From an uncultured Gemmatimonadales bacterium (GTDB lineage Bacteria > Gemmatimonadota > Gemmatimonadetes > Gemmatimonadales > Gemmatimonadaceae): DNA of 64,000 nt. This document shows positions 28,447 through 39,106 of this stretch, in pieces. Under the pieces are notes generated by a model. The model ran no database searches. It worked only from the letters and a program-made list of their open reading frames with translations, and was not told where the DNA came from. Numbering within the stretch: position 1 is the first letter of the stretch; each line of letters starts with the position of its first letter. Made by a program: the position numbers and the translations under genes. The stretch lies in contig OY969695.1 in assembly GCA_963701965.1 (NCBI GenBank), forward strand, positions 2,208,001 to 2,272,000. The letters run 5' to 3'.

Positions 28447-30612
28447 TTACTGCGTCACCGCCCCGGCCGCCGGGATCGTCATCCCCAAATTCGCCGCCGT
28501 GAACGTGATCGCGTCGGCCGTATTCGCGATCCGCTTATCCGTGGGCAGATACCCGTGGCTCCCCTCGGTCTCCACATGGATCAGGACCGGCTTGGCACAG
28601 CCCTGCGCCACCTGCATGGCCGCCGTGAACTTGTAGCTGTGACTCGGCACCACGCGGTCATCGTGGTCGGCCGTCGTCACCAACGTCGCCGGATAACAGG
28701 TACCCGCGTGCACGTTCTGCACTGGTGAGTACTTGATCAAGTACCGGAACGCCGTCGAGTCCGACGCCGAGCCGTACTCGCCGGCCCACGCGGCACCACC
28801 GGTGAAGTGATCGTAGCGCAGCATGTCCATCACCCCGACCGCCGGCAACGCCACGCCGAACAAGTCCGGACGCTGCTCCTCCACAGCCCCCACCAACAGC
28901 CCACCGTTCGATCCACCCTGAATGGCCAACTTCGCCGGCGACGTCACCTTTTCCTTCTCCAGATATTCCGCCGCCGCAATGAAATCATCGAACACGTTCT
29001 GCTTCTTCTCCAACATTCCGGCGCGATGCCACGCCTCGCCATACTCACCACCACCCCGGAGACTCGCCGTCGCATACACCCCGCCCAGCTCCAGCCACAG
29101 TGGGATATCCGAGGCGTAGGTCGGCGTGAGACTGATGTCGAACCCGCCGTACGCGTACAGGAGCGTCGGGTGCGACCCGTCGAGCACGAGCCCCTTCTTC
29201 GCCGTGATGAACATCGGCACCTTCGTCCCGTCCTTCGACGGATAGAAGACCTCCCGCGTCTCGTACCCGCTCACATCGAACGGCAACTTCGGCGCTTCGA
29301 ACGGGCGCCGCGTGTCCGTCGTGAGATCGTAGCGGAAAATCGTCGGCGGATAGAGCGGCGACGTGAACGCGAACAGGAGCTCGGGCGAATCCAACCGGGC
29401 GCCGATCCCAGCCACCGCCCCCACGCCCGGCAGCGCGATGTGCCCCTGCGCCACACCCCTGAGCGACAGGACATGCAGCTCGCTCTTCACATCCACGAGC
29501 TCCTCCAATACCAGATGCCCACCGGCCAACGCCGCGCTCTCGATGTGATTGTTCGACTCCGGCACGATCGTCTTCCAATGCGCCGAGTCCGGATGCGCAA
29601 GATCGACAGCGATCACCTTCCGCTTGGGCGCGCCATGGTCCGTCAACACGTAGAGCGTCGACCCCACAACGTCGAGCGGGAAATAGTCGGCCTCTGCCTG
29701 TGACACCACCGGCATCATCGGTGCATCCACGCGCGGATGCGCAGGATCGCCCAAGTTCACCACTCCCAGCGTCTTTATCGGATCGGTCCCCGGCGTCGAG
29801 ATCAGAAAGAGATACCGCCCATCCTCGCTGACCTGCGCCTGCACGAACCAGTTGGGCTTGTCGGCCCGCTCGTAGATCATCCGGTCCGCCGACTGCGGCG
29901 TGCCGACCTTATGGTAGTAGACGCGCTGATGCTCCAGGGCCGCGCTCAACTTCTGCGCGGCCGACACATCCGGGAACCGCTCATAGAAGAACCCGCGATT
30001 GTCCGCCGTCCACGACAACCCGGAGAACCGCACGTACTTGACCGTGTCCGCGAAATCCTTCCCCGTCGCCACGGTCCGCACCAACACGTCCCGCCAGTCG
30101 GCGCCCCCCTCGGACAACCCGAACGCGACGTACTTGCCGTCCGGCGACGGCGACCACTCCGCCAACGAGACCGACCCATCCGGCGACAACGTGTTCGGAT
30201 CAATCACCACCGACGGCGCCCCGTCCGCTCCCCGCCGCATATAGAGCACAGACTGCCGCTGCAACCCGCTGTTTTTTTGATAGAACCAGATCTTCCCCAA
30301 ATCACCGCGTACCGGCAAGGACGTGCGCGGAAAATTCCAGAGCTCCGTCAACCGCCGCTTCACGAAGTCGCGACTCGCCAGATGCGAGAAATAATCCGCC
30401 GTCACCGCGTTCTCCGACGCCACCCACGCATGTACCGGCGCCGCGTTCAGATCCTCCATCCATTGATAGGGCTTGGGCACCGGAGTCCCGAACATCGTGT
30501 CGACCACCGGGTCCGCCGTCGCCACCGGATAGTGCAGCCCCTGTGCGCCAGCCGGCGCGACCCCAATGCCTCCCACCACCACCGCCATCAGAAAAACGGT
30601 CGTACAGCGCAT
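28447..30612 (-). CDS. prolyl oligopeptidase (S9A), secreted
   Basis: Signal peptide; SKDGTKVPMFI, LYAYGGF, RGGGEYG, GGSNGG, DHDDRV, GSHG catalytic triad. Confidence 0.96.
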   Translation of the reverse strand: MRCTTVFLMAVVVGGIGVAPAGAQGLHYPVATADPVVDTMFGTPVPKPYQWMEDLNAAPVHAWVASENAVTADYFSHLASRDFVKRRLTELWNFPRTSLPVRGDLGKIWFYQKNSGLQRQSVLYMRRGADGAPSVVIDPNTLSPDGSVSLAEWSPSPDGKYVAFGLSEGGADWRDVLVRTVATGKDFADTVKYVRFSGLSWTADNRGFFYERFPDVSAAQKLSAALEHQRVYYHKVGTPQSADRMIYERADKPNWFVQAQVSEDGRYLFLISTPGTDPIKTLGVVNLGDPAHPRVDAPMMPVVSQAEADYFPLDVVGSTLYVLTDHGAPKRKVIAVDLAHPDSAHWKTIVPESNNHIESAALAGGHLVLEELVDVKSELHVLSLRGVAQGHIALPGVGAVAGIGARLDSPELLFAFTSPLYPPTIFRYDLTTDTRRPFEAPKLPFDVSGYETREVFYPSKDGTKVPMFITAKKGLVLDGSHPTLLYAYGGFDISLTPTYASDIPLWLELGGVYATASLRGGGEYGEAWHRAGMLEKKQNVFDDFIAAAEYLEKEKVTSPAKLAIQGGSNGGLLVGAVEEQRPDLFGVALPAVGVMDMLRYDHFTGGAAWAGEYGSASDSTAFRYLIKYSPVQNVHAGTCYPATLVTTADHDDRVVPSHSYKFTAAMQVAQGCAKPVLIHVETEGSHGYLPTDKRIANTADAITFTAANLGMTIPAAGAVTQ

Positions 30613-30620
30613 GTGATCTC

Positions 30621-31115
30621 CTAGATCCAACGTGGTACTCGCTCTCGATACCGCCGATAATCCGACCCAAACTCCGACTCGAGATACTTTTCCTCCCGAT
30701 CGATCACCAAGCGACGTACCACCACAACTTCGACCGCCACCATGAGGAGCGGCCACACGGCGTTCGCCATGACCGCGAGACCGGCGCTGACCATCGCCAG
30801 ACCGAGGTACATGGGATTCCGTGTCCAGCGATAGGGTCCGCTGATCACCAATGCCGTCGTCGGCCGATCGGGCCGCACGCTCGATCCCGTGCGCAAGATC
30901 ATCGCGAGCGCGACCACCACCAGCACTACACCGCCAACTAAGACGAACAGCCCCGGCGCCTGCCACACATATGGCGCCGCACTCCGCGGAAAGATGGGGC
31001 CGCCGAGCCACCACTCCAGCAAGAAACCCACGGCCAGCCCGACGATATAGTACAGCGGCGGCGGGATGCGCCCCCGGCGGTCCGGTCGCTCTTCGGTTTC
31101 AAACTCGTTCGCCAC
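30621..31115 (-). CDS. isoprenylcysteine carboxylmethyltransferase / PEMT family protein
   Basis: LVISGPYRWTRNPMYLG, EEKYL..FG.DY..Y..RVPRWI. Confidence 0.9.
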   Translation of the reverse strand: MANEFETEERPDRRGRIPPPLYYIVGLAVGFLLEWWLGGPIFPRSAAPYVWQAPGLFVLVGGVVLVVVALAMILRTGSSVRPDRPTTALVISGPYRWTRNPMYLGLAMVSAGLAVMANAVWPLLMVAVEVVVVRRLVIDREEKYLESEFGSDYRRYRERVPRWI

Positions 31116-31161
31116 GGGCCGAACTTACGGCCAGGGCGCGCCCGACCGCTAGCTTTCACCA

Positions 31162-32490
31162 GTGCCGTTTCGTGACCCCCGCCGCGCCGCCCGCGTTGGA
31201 CTCCTGGGGGCACTCCTCGTGAGCGCCCTGGTGAGCCTCGCGGCCTGCCACGACACCCCCCAAGCGTTCGCGCCCGGCGTCATCGCCGCCCGCACCAACG
31301 CCGACTCGTTCTTCCTGGCGCTGGAACAGCGATTCACCGCCGTCCAACGCTCGCCCCGATTCGCCGCGGCCCGCACGCTCCTGATCCGCGACGCGCTCGC
31401 CCCCTCGCGCGTATTCAATGATACCATCGCATGGAACGGGGCGGCGGCCGGCGGCGACCCGCCGCCCAATGTCCGCACGCTTACCGTACGCGGATCGTTC
31501 GCCAACAACGGCCACTACGTCCTGGCCGAAGACGCGGCCGCGACCCTGCCCGCCCGCTTCGGCGAAACCCTCCAAGTGGTCCGCCTGGAGCACATCACCA
31601 AAGGCCAATACGAGTGGACCACGCGCGCCGTCGGCGCCGTCGGCTCCCTCACCGGCGATGACCTGGCCCGCGTCCTCTCCGCGCTCATCTCGGCGTCCGC
31701 CACCCGCGCCGAACCCGCGCTCCGCACGGACTACCGGACCGCATTCCCACGCACCACCCAGACCGTGGGCCGCCTGCTCAACCTCGACACGCTGCGCACG
31801 GAACCGCTCGGCGACGGCACCACCGTCGTCACGCTCGTCACGAGTTTCCACCCCGAGCGCATCGCGGCCGCGTTCCCCGCGTACGCGAAATACATCAAGA
31901 AGTACGTGATGCCCTCACGGTTCGCGATGGTGGTCACAGACCACAGCAACGATCGGTGGATCGACCTGCGCGGCGCCCTCGGCACCGTCACCGTCACCGT
32001 GCGCGCCACGCGCGATGGCCACCTGGCGCCGCTCGCCGGCCCCCCGCGCGCGATGCCCGACTCGCTCCGCCTGACGTCCGAGTTCTTCGCCAAAGTCGCC
32101 ATCTTCACCGTCGGCCTCACCGATCTCGTCGCCGACTGCACCGCGATCCACGAGCCGCACGAACGCGGTTGGAACCTCGCGTTCCGCCATGAACCGCACT
32201 GGCACCTCCCCCTGGCCATGGCGCATTTCATGAGAGGCGCGATGCGCGAGCCGTTCGAAGGCACCGGCGCCGGCCTTCGCTACACGCTCAAAGACTCCGC
32301 CGGCGCCCAGACGCTCCTCTTTCGCGATGGCCACATCGCCATCAAAGAGAGCACCGTCATGAAATGGCTAGGAGGCCTCGGCAACTCCGCCGTCGGCGAG
32401 TTCGCGCAACTCAGCGAAGCCGAGGAAAACCGGTTCGACGCCGAGGCGTTCGGCGCCCTGCGCGCCGATATCGACGCTTTGCTGAGATAA
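31162..32490 (+). CDS. hypothetical lipoprotein
   Basis: LAAC lipobox after a hydrophobic stretch; long ORF with strong GC3 bias. Confidence 0.75.
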   Translation: MPFRDPRRAARVGLLGALLVSALVSLAACHDTPQAFAPGVIAARTNADSFFLALEQRFTAVQRSPRFAAARTLLIRDALAPSRVFNDTIAWNGAAAGGDPPPNVRTLTVRGSFANNGHYVLAEDAAATLPARFGETLQVVRLEHITKGQYEWTTRAVGAVGSLTGDDLARVLSALISASATRAEPALRTDYRTAFPRTTQTVGRLLNLDTLRTEPLGDGTTVVTLVTSFHPERIAAAFPAYAKYIKKYVMPSRFAMVVTDHSNDRWIDLRGALGTVTVTVRATRDGHLAPLAGPPRAMPDSLRLTSEFFAKVAIFTVGLTDLVADCTAIHEPHERGWNLAFRHEPHWHLPLAMAHFMRGAMREPFEGTGAGLRYTLKDSAGAQTLLFRDGHIAIKESTVMKWLGGLGNSAVGEFAQLSEAEENRFDAEAFGALRADIDALLR

Positions 32491-32649
32491 AAGCACGAGC
32501 GCCGCGAGCACGAAGCCCGCGGCGCGATCCGGTGTATGCTCTACTCTATCGTTCGAACCCGCTGGGGCATGCCACGCGCGCCGTCATTGGAACTCTCCGT
32601 CCTACCGAACAGCGGCGGGCAATATTTCCCCAAGCGAGCTACATACCAA

Positions 32650-32722
32650 TGGAGCTGAGGGGAGTCGAACCCCTGACCTCTGCAGTGCGATTGCAGCGCT
32701 CTCCCAACTGAGCTACAGCCCC
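32650..32722 (-). tRNA. tRNA-Ala(CGC)
   Basis: GGGGCTG/CAGCTCC acceptor with G3:U70; CTGCA-ATCGCAC-TGCAG anticodon arm; no encoded CCA. Confidence 0.95.
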
Positions 32723-32893
32723 GCACTTCCAGCCGCGCGAGTGTGTGCCGCAATCCAAGGTAGAGACTTGCGACCCAAAGTCAAGGTAACACGGGTTACA
32801 CGATGACGCGAGATCAACGCGCCAACTACCCGTTGCCGCAGGAGTTACGGGATCGAGACCTGACCGTCCCGACCCGCTGCCCTCGAAACCGCC

Positions 32894-33298
32894 CTACGCT
32901 GCCCCGTTGCTGCCGGCCGCGTCCCCGTGCGCCGCACGGGATACCCGGCTCCGATCCTCGACCGTCAGCTCATCTCCACCATCGCGACGCCGCGTCCGCG
33001 CACCAGCGCTCCGCGCTCCGCCGCCCTCACGACCTATGGCGGCCATGTGCTCGCGATCGCGACTCACGGTCTCGCCACCTTTCCGTCCCGCAACCCGCGC
33101 CTCATCGGCCGTCCATTCGTGCGCGGTTCCTTTCGCATGCGCGGCGCGCCCGCCCTTGCTGGCGATCTCGCGCTGCCGCTCCCGGTCCATCGAAGCGAAC
33201 CCACGATTGCTCGTTCCAGTGCGCTTCGCCGTCCCGGTGGAGGCCCGGCCGCCGCCGTCATGCACCTCCAACTCGCGATTGCTCTGTTCCGGCATCAT
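32894..33298 (-). CDS. KGG-repeat general stress protein
   Basis: RGFASMD..RQREIASKGG, AHEWT.DEAR.AGRKGG, DREHMAAIGREGG; GGAGGT RBS. Confidence 0.9.
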   Translation of the reverse strand: MMPEQSNRELEVHDGGGRASTGTAKRTGTSNRGFASMDRERQREIASKGGRAAHAKGTAHEWTADEARVAGRKGGETVSRDREHMAAIGREGGGARSAGARTRRRDGGDELTVEDRSRVSRAAHGDAAGSNGAA

Positions 33299-33352
33299 AC
33301 CTCCATCGCCATGTAGTCGCGGCCATGTAATCGGCCAACCAACTGTGCGGAC

Positions 33353-33368
33353 CGCAAGACAGAGACCA
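33353..33368 (-). promoter_or_regulatory. putative sigma-54 promoter of the KGG gene
   Basis: TGGtctctgtcTTGCG (GG-N10-GC) about 55 bp upstream of the start. Confidence 0.4.
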
Positions 33369-33562
33369 CGTCAGTCTCGACCACCGAAGCACCGTGTCGC
33401 TGATATAGCTCGACTTCGCACCTGACGCGAGGAGGGCTCAAGAATATTCCCCCAACGCCCGGTGCCCATCAAGCCCGGTCCGGCCCAGTACACAAGCAAC
33501 AAGCAGGCCCAGACGGCGCAGGCGCGTATTAGACCAAAGGTCGATACCGGTATATTGCACCG

Positions 33563-34513
33563 ATGTCACTGTCTCTCCGGTTCCTTGGCACCGCCGCCAG
33601 CCGGCCCACGATCGAACGCAACGTATCGGCGCTCGCCGTCGTGCGCGAAGGGGAGACGTTCTTGTTCGACTGCGGAGAAGGCACCCAACGCCAGATGATG
33701 CGCTATGGGATCTCCTTCGCCCTCGGGGACATCTTCTTTACGCACTACCATGCGGACCATGTCCTCGGCGTCGTGGGGCTCCTCCGCACCCTCCAATTGC
33801 AAGCGCGCACGGACCCCATGCGCCTCTGGGGGCCGCCGGGACTGGGACGCCTCCTCCGCCTCGTCGAATCGTTCGGCGGTGAGCGATGGGGATTCCCGGT
33901 CGAACCGACGGAAATCGAGCCTGGCGTCGCGATCAAGCGCCCGGGCTATGAAATCGTTCCCTTTCCGGTCGACCACCGCGGGGCCCGCGCCCTGGGCTAC
34001 GCCCTCATCGAGGAAACCCGCCTCGGACGGTTCAACCCGGATCTGGCGCGCGCGATCGGCATCCCCGAAGGACCGCTCTGGGGCCGCCTGCACAAAGGCG
34101 ACACGGTCACGCTCCCCGACGGCCGCACAGTCGACGGGGCATCGCTGGTCGGCCCCACCCGGCCCGGACGCCGCATCGTGATCACCGGCGACACGCGTCC
34201 GGCCGAATCAACCGTGGTCGCGGCGACCGGCGCCGATCTCCTGGTCCACGAGGCCACGTTCGCCGACGAGGAGGCCGCCCGCGCCGCCGAAACCGGCCAC
34301 TCGACGGCCCGCGAAGCGGCCACGGTCGCCGAGGGGGCCAAAGTCCGCCGGCTGGTCCTCACGCACTTCTCCGCGCGCTACGCCCGCGATCACGCGGACC
34401 TGGAACGCGAAGCGCGCGAGGTGTTTCCGGCCACGTCCTGCGCGCGCGACGGCACCGAGATCGTCGTCGCCTACGCCGACGAAATCGAGCCCGCGCCCGT
34501 CAGTCCTGCGTGA
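33563..34513 (+). CDS. rnz: ribonuclease Z
   Basis: FLGT...P..ERN, LFDCGEGTQRQ, THYHADH, GP exosite arm, GDTRP, HEATF, GHST, LTHFSARY. Confidence 0.96.
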   Translation: MSLSLRFLGTAASRPTIERNVSALAVVREGETFLFDCGEGTQRQMMRYGISFALGDIFFTHYHADHVLGVVGLLRTLQLQARTDPMRLWGPPGLGRLLRLVESFGGERWGFPVEPTEIEPGVAIKRPGYEIVPFPVDHRGARALGYALIEETRLGRFNPDLARAIGIPEGPLWGRLHKGDTVTLPDGRTVDGASLVGPTRPGRRIVITGDTRPAESTVVAATGADLLVHEATFADEEAARAAETGHSTAREAATVAEGAKVRRLVLTHFSARYARDHADLEREAREVFPATSCARDGTEIVVAYADEIEPAPVSPA

Positions 34514-34796
34514 GCGGCCGCGATCCGCGCGGACCAGTCCCTGCGGGCCGGATCGGCATCGAGCGGCGAAAGAGCCGCGCCAACGCTGGTTCGTCCAAGG
34601 CGTTCAAGACCGTCCGCACCTGCAAATGGCCGGTGACGTTGCGGGCGTCGGGCCCATTCGCCAGAAACCAATTGTAGCGGTTGCGATGGGGATCGCCCGG
34701 ATACCCGAACACGACCAGCGCGTTGCTGGACCCGGGAACTTGAACGGCGACGTTCCACGTCACCCCGTCCGGAGCCCGATAGGTGGTGCCTTTCAC
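34500..34796 (-). CDS. hypothetical protein
   Basis: GTGA overlap with the upstream DUF2203 gene. Confidence 0.6.
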   Translation of the reverse strand: MKGTTYRAPDGVTWNVAVQVPGSSNALVVFGYPGDPHRNRYNWFLANGPDARNVTGHLQVRTVLNALDEPALARLFRRSMPIRPAGTGPRGSRPLTQD

Positions 34797-35212
34797 GCCA
34801 CCACCTGCTCTTCCACCGGACGCCGCCCGACATACCCGGCGTCCACTTCGTGCCAGAATTGCACGCTTGGCTCACCCAACCGCCAGCACAGATACACGGT
34901 TCGTCCGTCCCGTTCCGCAGGAAAATCCACCAACCCGGTCTCGTAGTCCTTCAGCATCACCCCGAGCGCGTTCAACTCCCGCACGAACCGATCGACATCC
35001 GCCGCGATCGCGCTCGTCTCGCGCTCCAGCATCACCGCCCGGGGATCGGGCGTCGCCGCCGTCGCCGCCGCGGTCACCAGCTCGAACTCCCGCACGCGCT
35101 CACGCCAATGCGCGACCGACTCCACCACGTCCTCGACAATGCGACGCACCAGCGGCAGCATCTGCGTCGCCTGCTCCGCGGTAAAGCGCCGCATCTCCGG
35201 AGCAATCGTCAT
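34793..35212 (-). CDS. DUF2203 family protein
   Basis: FT.EQA..MLPLV, GV.LKD..GLVDFP, VYLCWRLGEP.V.FWH..AGY.GRRP. Confidence 0.9.
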   Translation of the reverse strand: MTIAPEMRRFTAEQATQMLPLVRRIVEDVVESVAHWRERVREFELVTAAATAATPDPRAVMLERETSAIAADVDRFVRELNALGVMLKDYETGLVDFPAERDGRTVYLCWRLGEPSVQFWHEVDAGYVGRRPVEEQVVA

Positions 35213-35244
35213 GATCGAATCGTGCGACATCCGACCAGGGATGG

Positions 35245-35757
35245 TCAAGGGCGCAAGCCGTTACTCTCGGCGGTCCGCTCCTCGAGCCTCCGCCGCCGGC
35301 GCTCCCGCGCCGCGGCAAACCGCCGCTGCTCGTCGGCGGTCTCGGGAACGAGCGATGGCACCGGCACGGGCCGGCCGTTGCGATCGACCGCCACAAACGT
35401 GAGATAACACGAATTCGTGTGGCGCCGCCGGCCGGACAACAGATCCTCGGCCTCCACGCGCACGCCCACTTCCATAGAGGAACGGCCGACGTAATTCACG
35501 CTGGCCTTCATGATCACGAGATCGCCCACGTGAATGGGCTCGCGAAAGTCGACGCGGTCCACCGACGCGGTCACGCACGCCATCCGCGCATGCCGGAACG
35601 CGCAAATGCCCGCCGCCTTGTCCATCATCGACAGGATCACGCCGCCGAACACGTGACCGAGCACGTTGGCATCCTGGGGCATCATCAGCTCGGACGTCTC
35701 GTGCTGGGAGGCGCGGACGGGCTTGGGCTCGAGCAACTCTTCGATGTCAGGCTTCAT
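35245..35757 (-). CDS. acyl-CoA thioesterase (HotDog fold)
   Basis: P.DAN.LG.VFGG.IL..MD, VTASVD.VDF..PI.VG, GRSSMEVGV.V. Confidence 0.92.
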   Translation of the reverse strand: MKPDIEELLEPKPVRASQHETSELMMPQDANVLGHVFGGVILSMMDKAAGICAFRHARMACVTASVDRVDFREPIHVGDLVIMKASVNYVGRSSMEVGVRVEAEDLLSGRRRHTNSCYLTFVAVDRNGRPVPVPSLVPETADEQRRFAAARERRRRRLEERTAESNGLRP

Positions 35758-37010
35758 TTCCAAGGCGCGTGCCGGCGGGGTCGATGAACAGGCCGATGGC
35801 GATGCTGTGGCGGCCTCGCCGAGGCGGCCCACAACCGGGGGATGGGCCGGTGCCGCGGGTGCGCGTACCGCACACTGCGCGCATCGTCGGAATAGAGCGC
35901 GGACTCGTCGAACGCTCTGACCAACGCCCGGAGGGTCACGGTGTCGCGCGGAACGCCGTCGAGCCAGAACACGCGATGGGCCGGCGCCGGCAACCGCGCC
36001 ACCGGCCAATCGCCATGCGCGCTGTCCCGGAGCGCCAACCGGATGCTGTTGTTGGCGGTATCATACCGGGCAACCAGGGTCACCCGACCATGCGCCCACG
36101 ACTGCCCCGAGGGCAAAGTGCTCCGGACCTCGCGCCACCAGGGCGGCAACCCCGGGGTATCCGGCACGCCCACCGGGCCGAGCGCCAGCCACCGGCCGCG
36201 ACCGCCGGTCCCGTGCCCCGGCACCACAAACGCGACGGCGAGGGCCCCGCTGGGCGCCTCCAGCGTATAGCTCAAGGGATCAAACGTGAACGCCCCGCCC
36301 GCCAACGCCCGCGCCGCCCGGCGTACCGACTCGTCGTCGGCGTCGCTGTCCCCGATGGCACGAATCGAGTCGCGCACGGCGCGGAACCGCTGCCGCCCGG
36401 CGGCCAGTACCCGGTCGGCCGACGGACCGACGACGGTCCGCAGGGGCGCGATGGCCCGCGCCCGCAGGTCGACCACGCCGTGCCGGCTGGTCTGACCGGT
36501 GCCGGCCTCGCCGTTGGCCGAACCGTGATAAGCGAACGACACGAAAGGACCGTGCAGATCGAGAATGTCGACCTCGCCCGTCACCGTGCTGGCAGGATCC
36601 TCGGCGGCATCCTCATCCGGATCGAGAGGCGCGTCATCGGGATGCCGCGCGGCGTACCCGGCGGCGGCTCTCCCAACGGTGCTGTCCTCGAACACGGCCA
36701 CGGAATCGCCATTCAAGAGATCCCGGGCGTAGATGCGCTGGCCGACGAAGACGGCATTGTAGAACGACCGGTCGTCGTCGGCGACGTAGACCTCGTAGAA
36801 ACGGTCCCCGTACTTCGTGAGCACGAGCGGCGCGCCGCGCACGTGCACGCCGTCGTGCCCCGTCGTCACCCAGAACGTCGAGTCACCCGCCGCGATCAGA
36901 AATTCGGCCGGCGGCGGCGCCGTCGCATGCCCGCGTGACGCACGCGCGGCAGGCCGCGCGCCGCACGCGGCGGTCGCCATCACCGTGAACAACAGCGGAA
37001 CGTGACGCAT
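35754..37010 (-). CDS. hypothetical lipoprotein
   Basis: TAAC lipobox; long ORF in operon with the thioesterase. Confidence 0.7.
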   Translation of the reverse strand: MRHVPLLFTVMATAACGARPAARASRGHATAPPPAEFLIAAGDSTFWVTTGHDGVHVRGAPLVLTKYGDRFYEVYVADDDRSFYNAVFVGQRIYARDLLNGDSVAVFEDSTVGRAAAGYAARHPDDAPLDPDEDAAEDPASTVTGEVDILDLHGPFVSFAYHGSANGEAGTGQTSRHGVVDLRARAIAPLRTVVGPSADRVLAAGRQRFRAVRDSIRAIGDSDADDESVRRAARALAGGAFTFDPLSYTLEAPSGALAVAFVVPGHGTGGRGRWLALGPVGVPDTPGLPPWWREVRSTLPSGQSWAHGRVTLVARYDTANNSIRLALRDSAHGDWPVARLPAPAHRVFWLDGVPRDTVTLRALVRAFDESALYSDDARSVRYAHPRHRPIPRLWAASARPPQHRHRPVHRPRRHAPWK

Positions 37011-37099
37011 CGTCGATGAATATAGTCTTGGTTCTCAGTAGGTCTTGCACAACGCATTACATTGTTCGACCGCAAATCGGCCGCACCCACCCATAATCG

Positions 37100-38230
37100 A
37101 TGACGCGCGCGACCCCTCTCCTGTTCGCGTGCACGCTCTCGGCGTGCACGACCCTGGCCGCTGCCCAAGCGCCGGCTCCCCTGCCGCCCCTCCGCGGGAT
37201 CTACGTCAACCGGTTCGCCGGCCAGAGTCCGAAAAAGATGCGATCGCTGATCGCGCTCGCGGACTCGACGGAGATCAACGCGTTCGTCATCGACATCAAG
37301 GACGAGTTCGGGATCAACTACGTCTCCACGGATACCCTCGTCCAGCGCAACGCCGGTCGCGCCGGGTCGATTCCCGATCTGGCCCAACTGATCGATACGC
37401 TCAAAGCGCACCACATCACCCCGATCGCGCGCATCGTCACGTTCAAGGACTCGGTCACCGCCCGCCTCAACCCGCGGTGGCGCATCCTGCAACCGGATGG
37501 CTCGCCCTGGCGGGACAAGAAAGGCATCACCTGGGTCAATCCGTACAGTCGCGACGTCTGGGAATACGACCTCCGCGTCGCCGAGGAGGCCGCGCGGTTG
37601 GGCTTCGAAGAGGTCCAGTTCGACTACGTGCGCTTCCCCGAGCCGTATAAGAGCCTGCCCCCCCAGATCTTCCCGGGCGCCCAAGGAGTAGCCAAGCCCG
37701 AAGTGCTGGCCGAGTTCCTGGCCACCGCCCGGGCCCGGGTCGCCAAGCACGGGGCGCGCACGACGGCCGACGTGTTCGGCCTGGTCACCGCCGGGGGCAC
37801 CCTGGAGGTCGGCCAGCGCTGGGAAAACATCGCCGGCGCGGCCGACGTCGTCCTCCCCATGGTCTACCCGTCGCACTATCCGCATGGATCGTACGGGATC
37901 GCGCGGCCGAACGCCGATCCGTACAAGACGATCTTCGCGGCCGTGTCCGATGCCCACAAACGCGATATGAAGCTGGGCATCGCGGGCGAGCACGTCCGCC
38001 CGTGGCTGCAGGCGTTCACGCTGGGCGCCCCGGCCTATGGCCCGGCACAGCTCCGCGACCAGAAGCGCGCCGTCTACGACGCGGGATACCAAGGGTGGGT
38101 GCTGTGGAACCCGGGCTCCCGCTACGACGCGATCGCCGCCGGCCTCGACCCGAAACCCCGCCCGGCAGGCGGATCGTCCGCGCTGGCCGCTAAGCGATCT
38201 CCACTCCCGCCCAGCGTTCGACAACCTTGA
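37100..38230 (+). CDS. putative glycoside hydrolase (DUF4015-like)
   Basis: RGIY, NAFVIDIKD, IARIVTFKD, WVNPY, GFEEVQFDYVRFP, PMVYPSHY, RPWLQAF. Confidence 0.85.
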   Translation: MTRATPLLFACTLSACTTLAAAQAPAPLPPLRGIYVNRFAGQSPKKMRSLIALADSTEINAFVIDIKDEFGINYVSTDTLVQRNAGRAGSIPDLAQLIDTLKAHHITPIARIVTFKDSVTARLNPRWRILQPDGSPWRDKKGITWVNPYSRDVWEYDLRVAEEAARLGFEEVQFDYVRFPEPYKSLPPQIFPGAQGVAKPEVLAEFLATARARVAKHGARTTADVFGLVTAGGTLEVGQRWENIAGAADVVLPMVYPSHYPHGSYGIARPNADPYKTIFAAVSDAHKRDMKLGIAGEHVRPWLQAFTLGAPAYGPAQLRDQKRAVYDAGYQGWVLWNPGSRYDAIAAGLDPKPRPAGGSSALAAKRSPLPPSVRQP

Positions 38231-39080
38231 CCACCTCGGCGTGATCGGCGTCCTCGCCGAGCACGCCGTGCGCCATCCGCATCAGCTCCGCGGTCAGTTG
38301 GAGGAGCGGACTGGGCACGCGCGCCGCGCGCGCGACCTCGGCCGCGATCCCGACGTCCTTGTCGAGCAGCGCCAGACGGAACGTGCGCGGAAATGCCCGC
38401 GTGACGACGCGCTGGGGGATCAAGTTCATTGACGCGTTCGATCGACCGCTCGACGCGTTGATCACGTCGAGCGCGACCGCGGGCGACACCCCCATACGTG
38501 CCAGAGCGGCCAATCCTTCGGCCGCCGACCAGAGATGCACGGCGAGCATGGCGTTGTTGATCGCCTTTACGGCATCGCCGCTCCCGACTGGTCCACAATG
38601 CACAATCTTCTGGCCCACGACCTGAAGCACGGGCTGCACCCGCTCCAGCACGGCGGCATCCCCGCCGCACATGATGGTCAACGTGCCGGCCTCGGCGCCG
38701 GACGTGCCGCCGCTCACCGGCGCGTCGAGATACGACACGCCCGCCCCGGCCAACCGCTCGGCGATCCGCCGGCTGCCGGCAGGGTCGCCGGATGTGAAGT
38801 CGACCCAGACCGCGCCCCGAGGGAGCGCTGGGAGCGCGCCGTCGAGGACGGATTCGACATCGGCCGACGTCGAGAAGCACGTGGCGACCACTTCGGCGCC
38901 CGACACGGCGTCAGCGATGGTCGGGGCGACTCGCGCCACATGCTGGGCGGCGAACCGGTCGGCTTTGGCGGGGGTGCGGTTCCAGACCGTGAGGTCGAAC
39001 GCGCGAGCGATGTGCGCGGCCATCGGCGACCCAATGTCGCCCAGCCCGAGAAACGCAATGCGTAGTGCTGTGCGTGGCAT
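38190..39080 (-). CDS. 3-hydroxyisobutyrate dehydrogenase family NAD(P)-dependent oxidoreductase
   Basis: FLGLG.IG.PMA, WNRT, DAPVSGG..GA..GTL.IM.GG, K.INN, KD. Confidence 0.92.
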   Translation of the reverse strand: MPRTALRIAFLGLGDIGSPMAAHIARAFDLTVWNRTPAKADRFAAQHVARVAPTIADAVSGAEVVATCFSTSADVESVLDGALPALPRGAVWVDFTSGDPAGSRRIAERLAGAGVSYLDAPVSGGTSGAEAGTLTIMCGGDAAVLERVQPVLQVVGQKIVHCGPVGSGDAVKAINNAMLAVHLWSAAEGLAALARMGVSPAVALDVINASSGRSNASMNLIPQRVVTRAFPRTFRLALLDKDVGIAAEVARAARVPSPLLQLTAELMRMAHGVLGEDADHAEVVKVVERWAGVEIA

Positions 39081-39106
39081 GGCCGGAAATTAAGCGCCCG
39101 TCGGCG

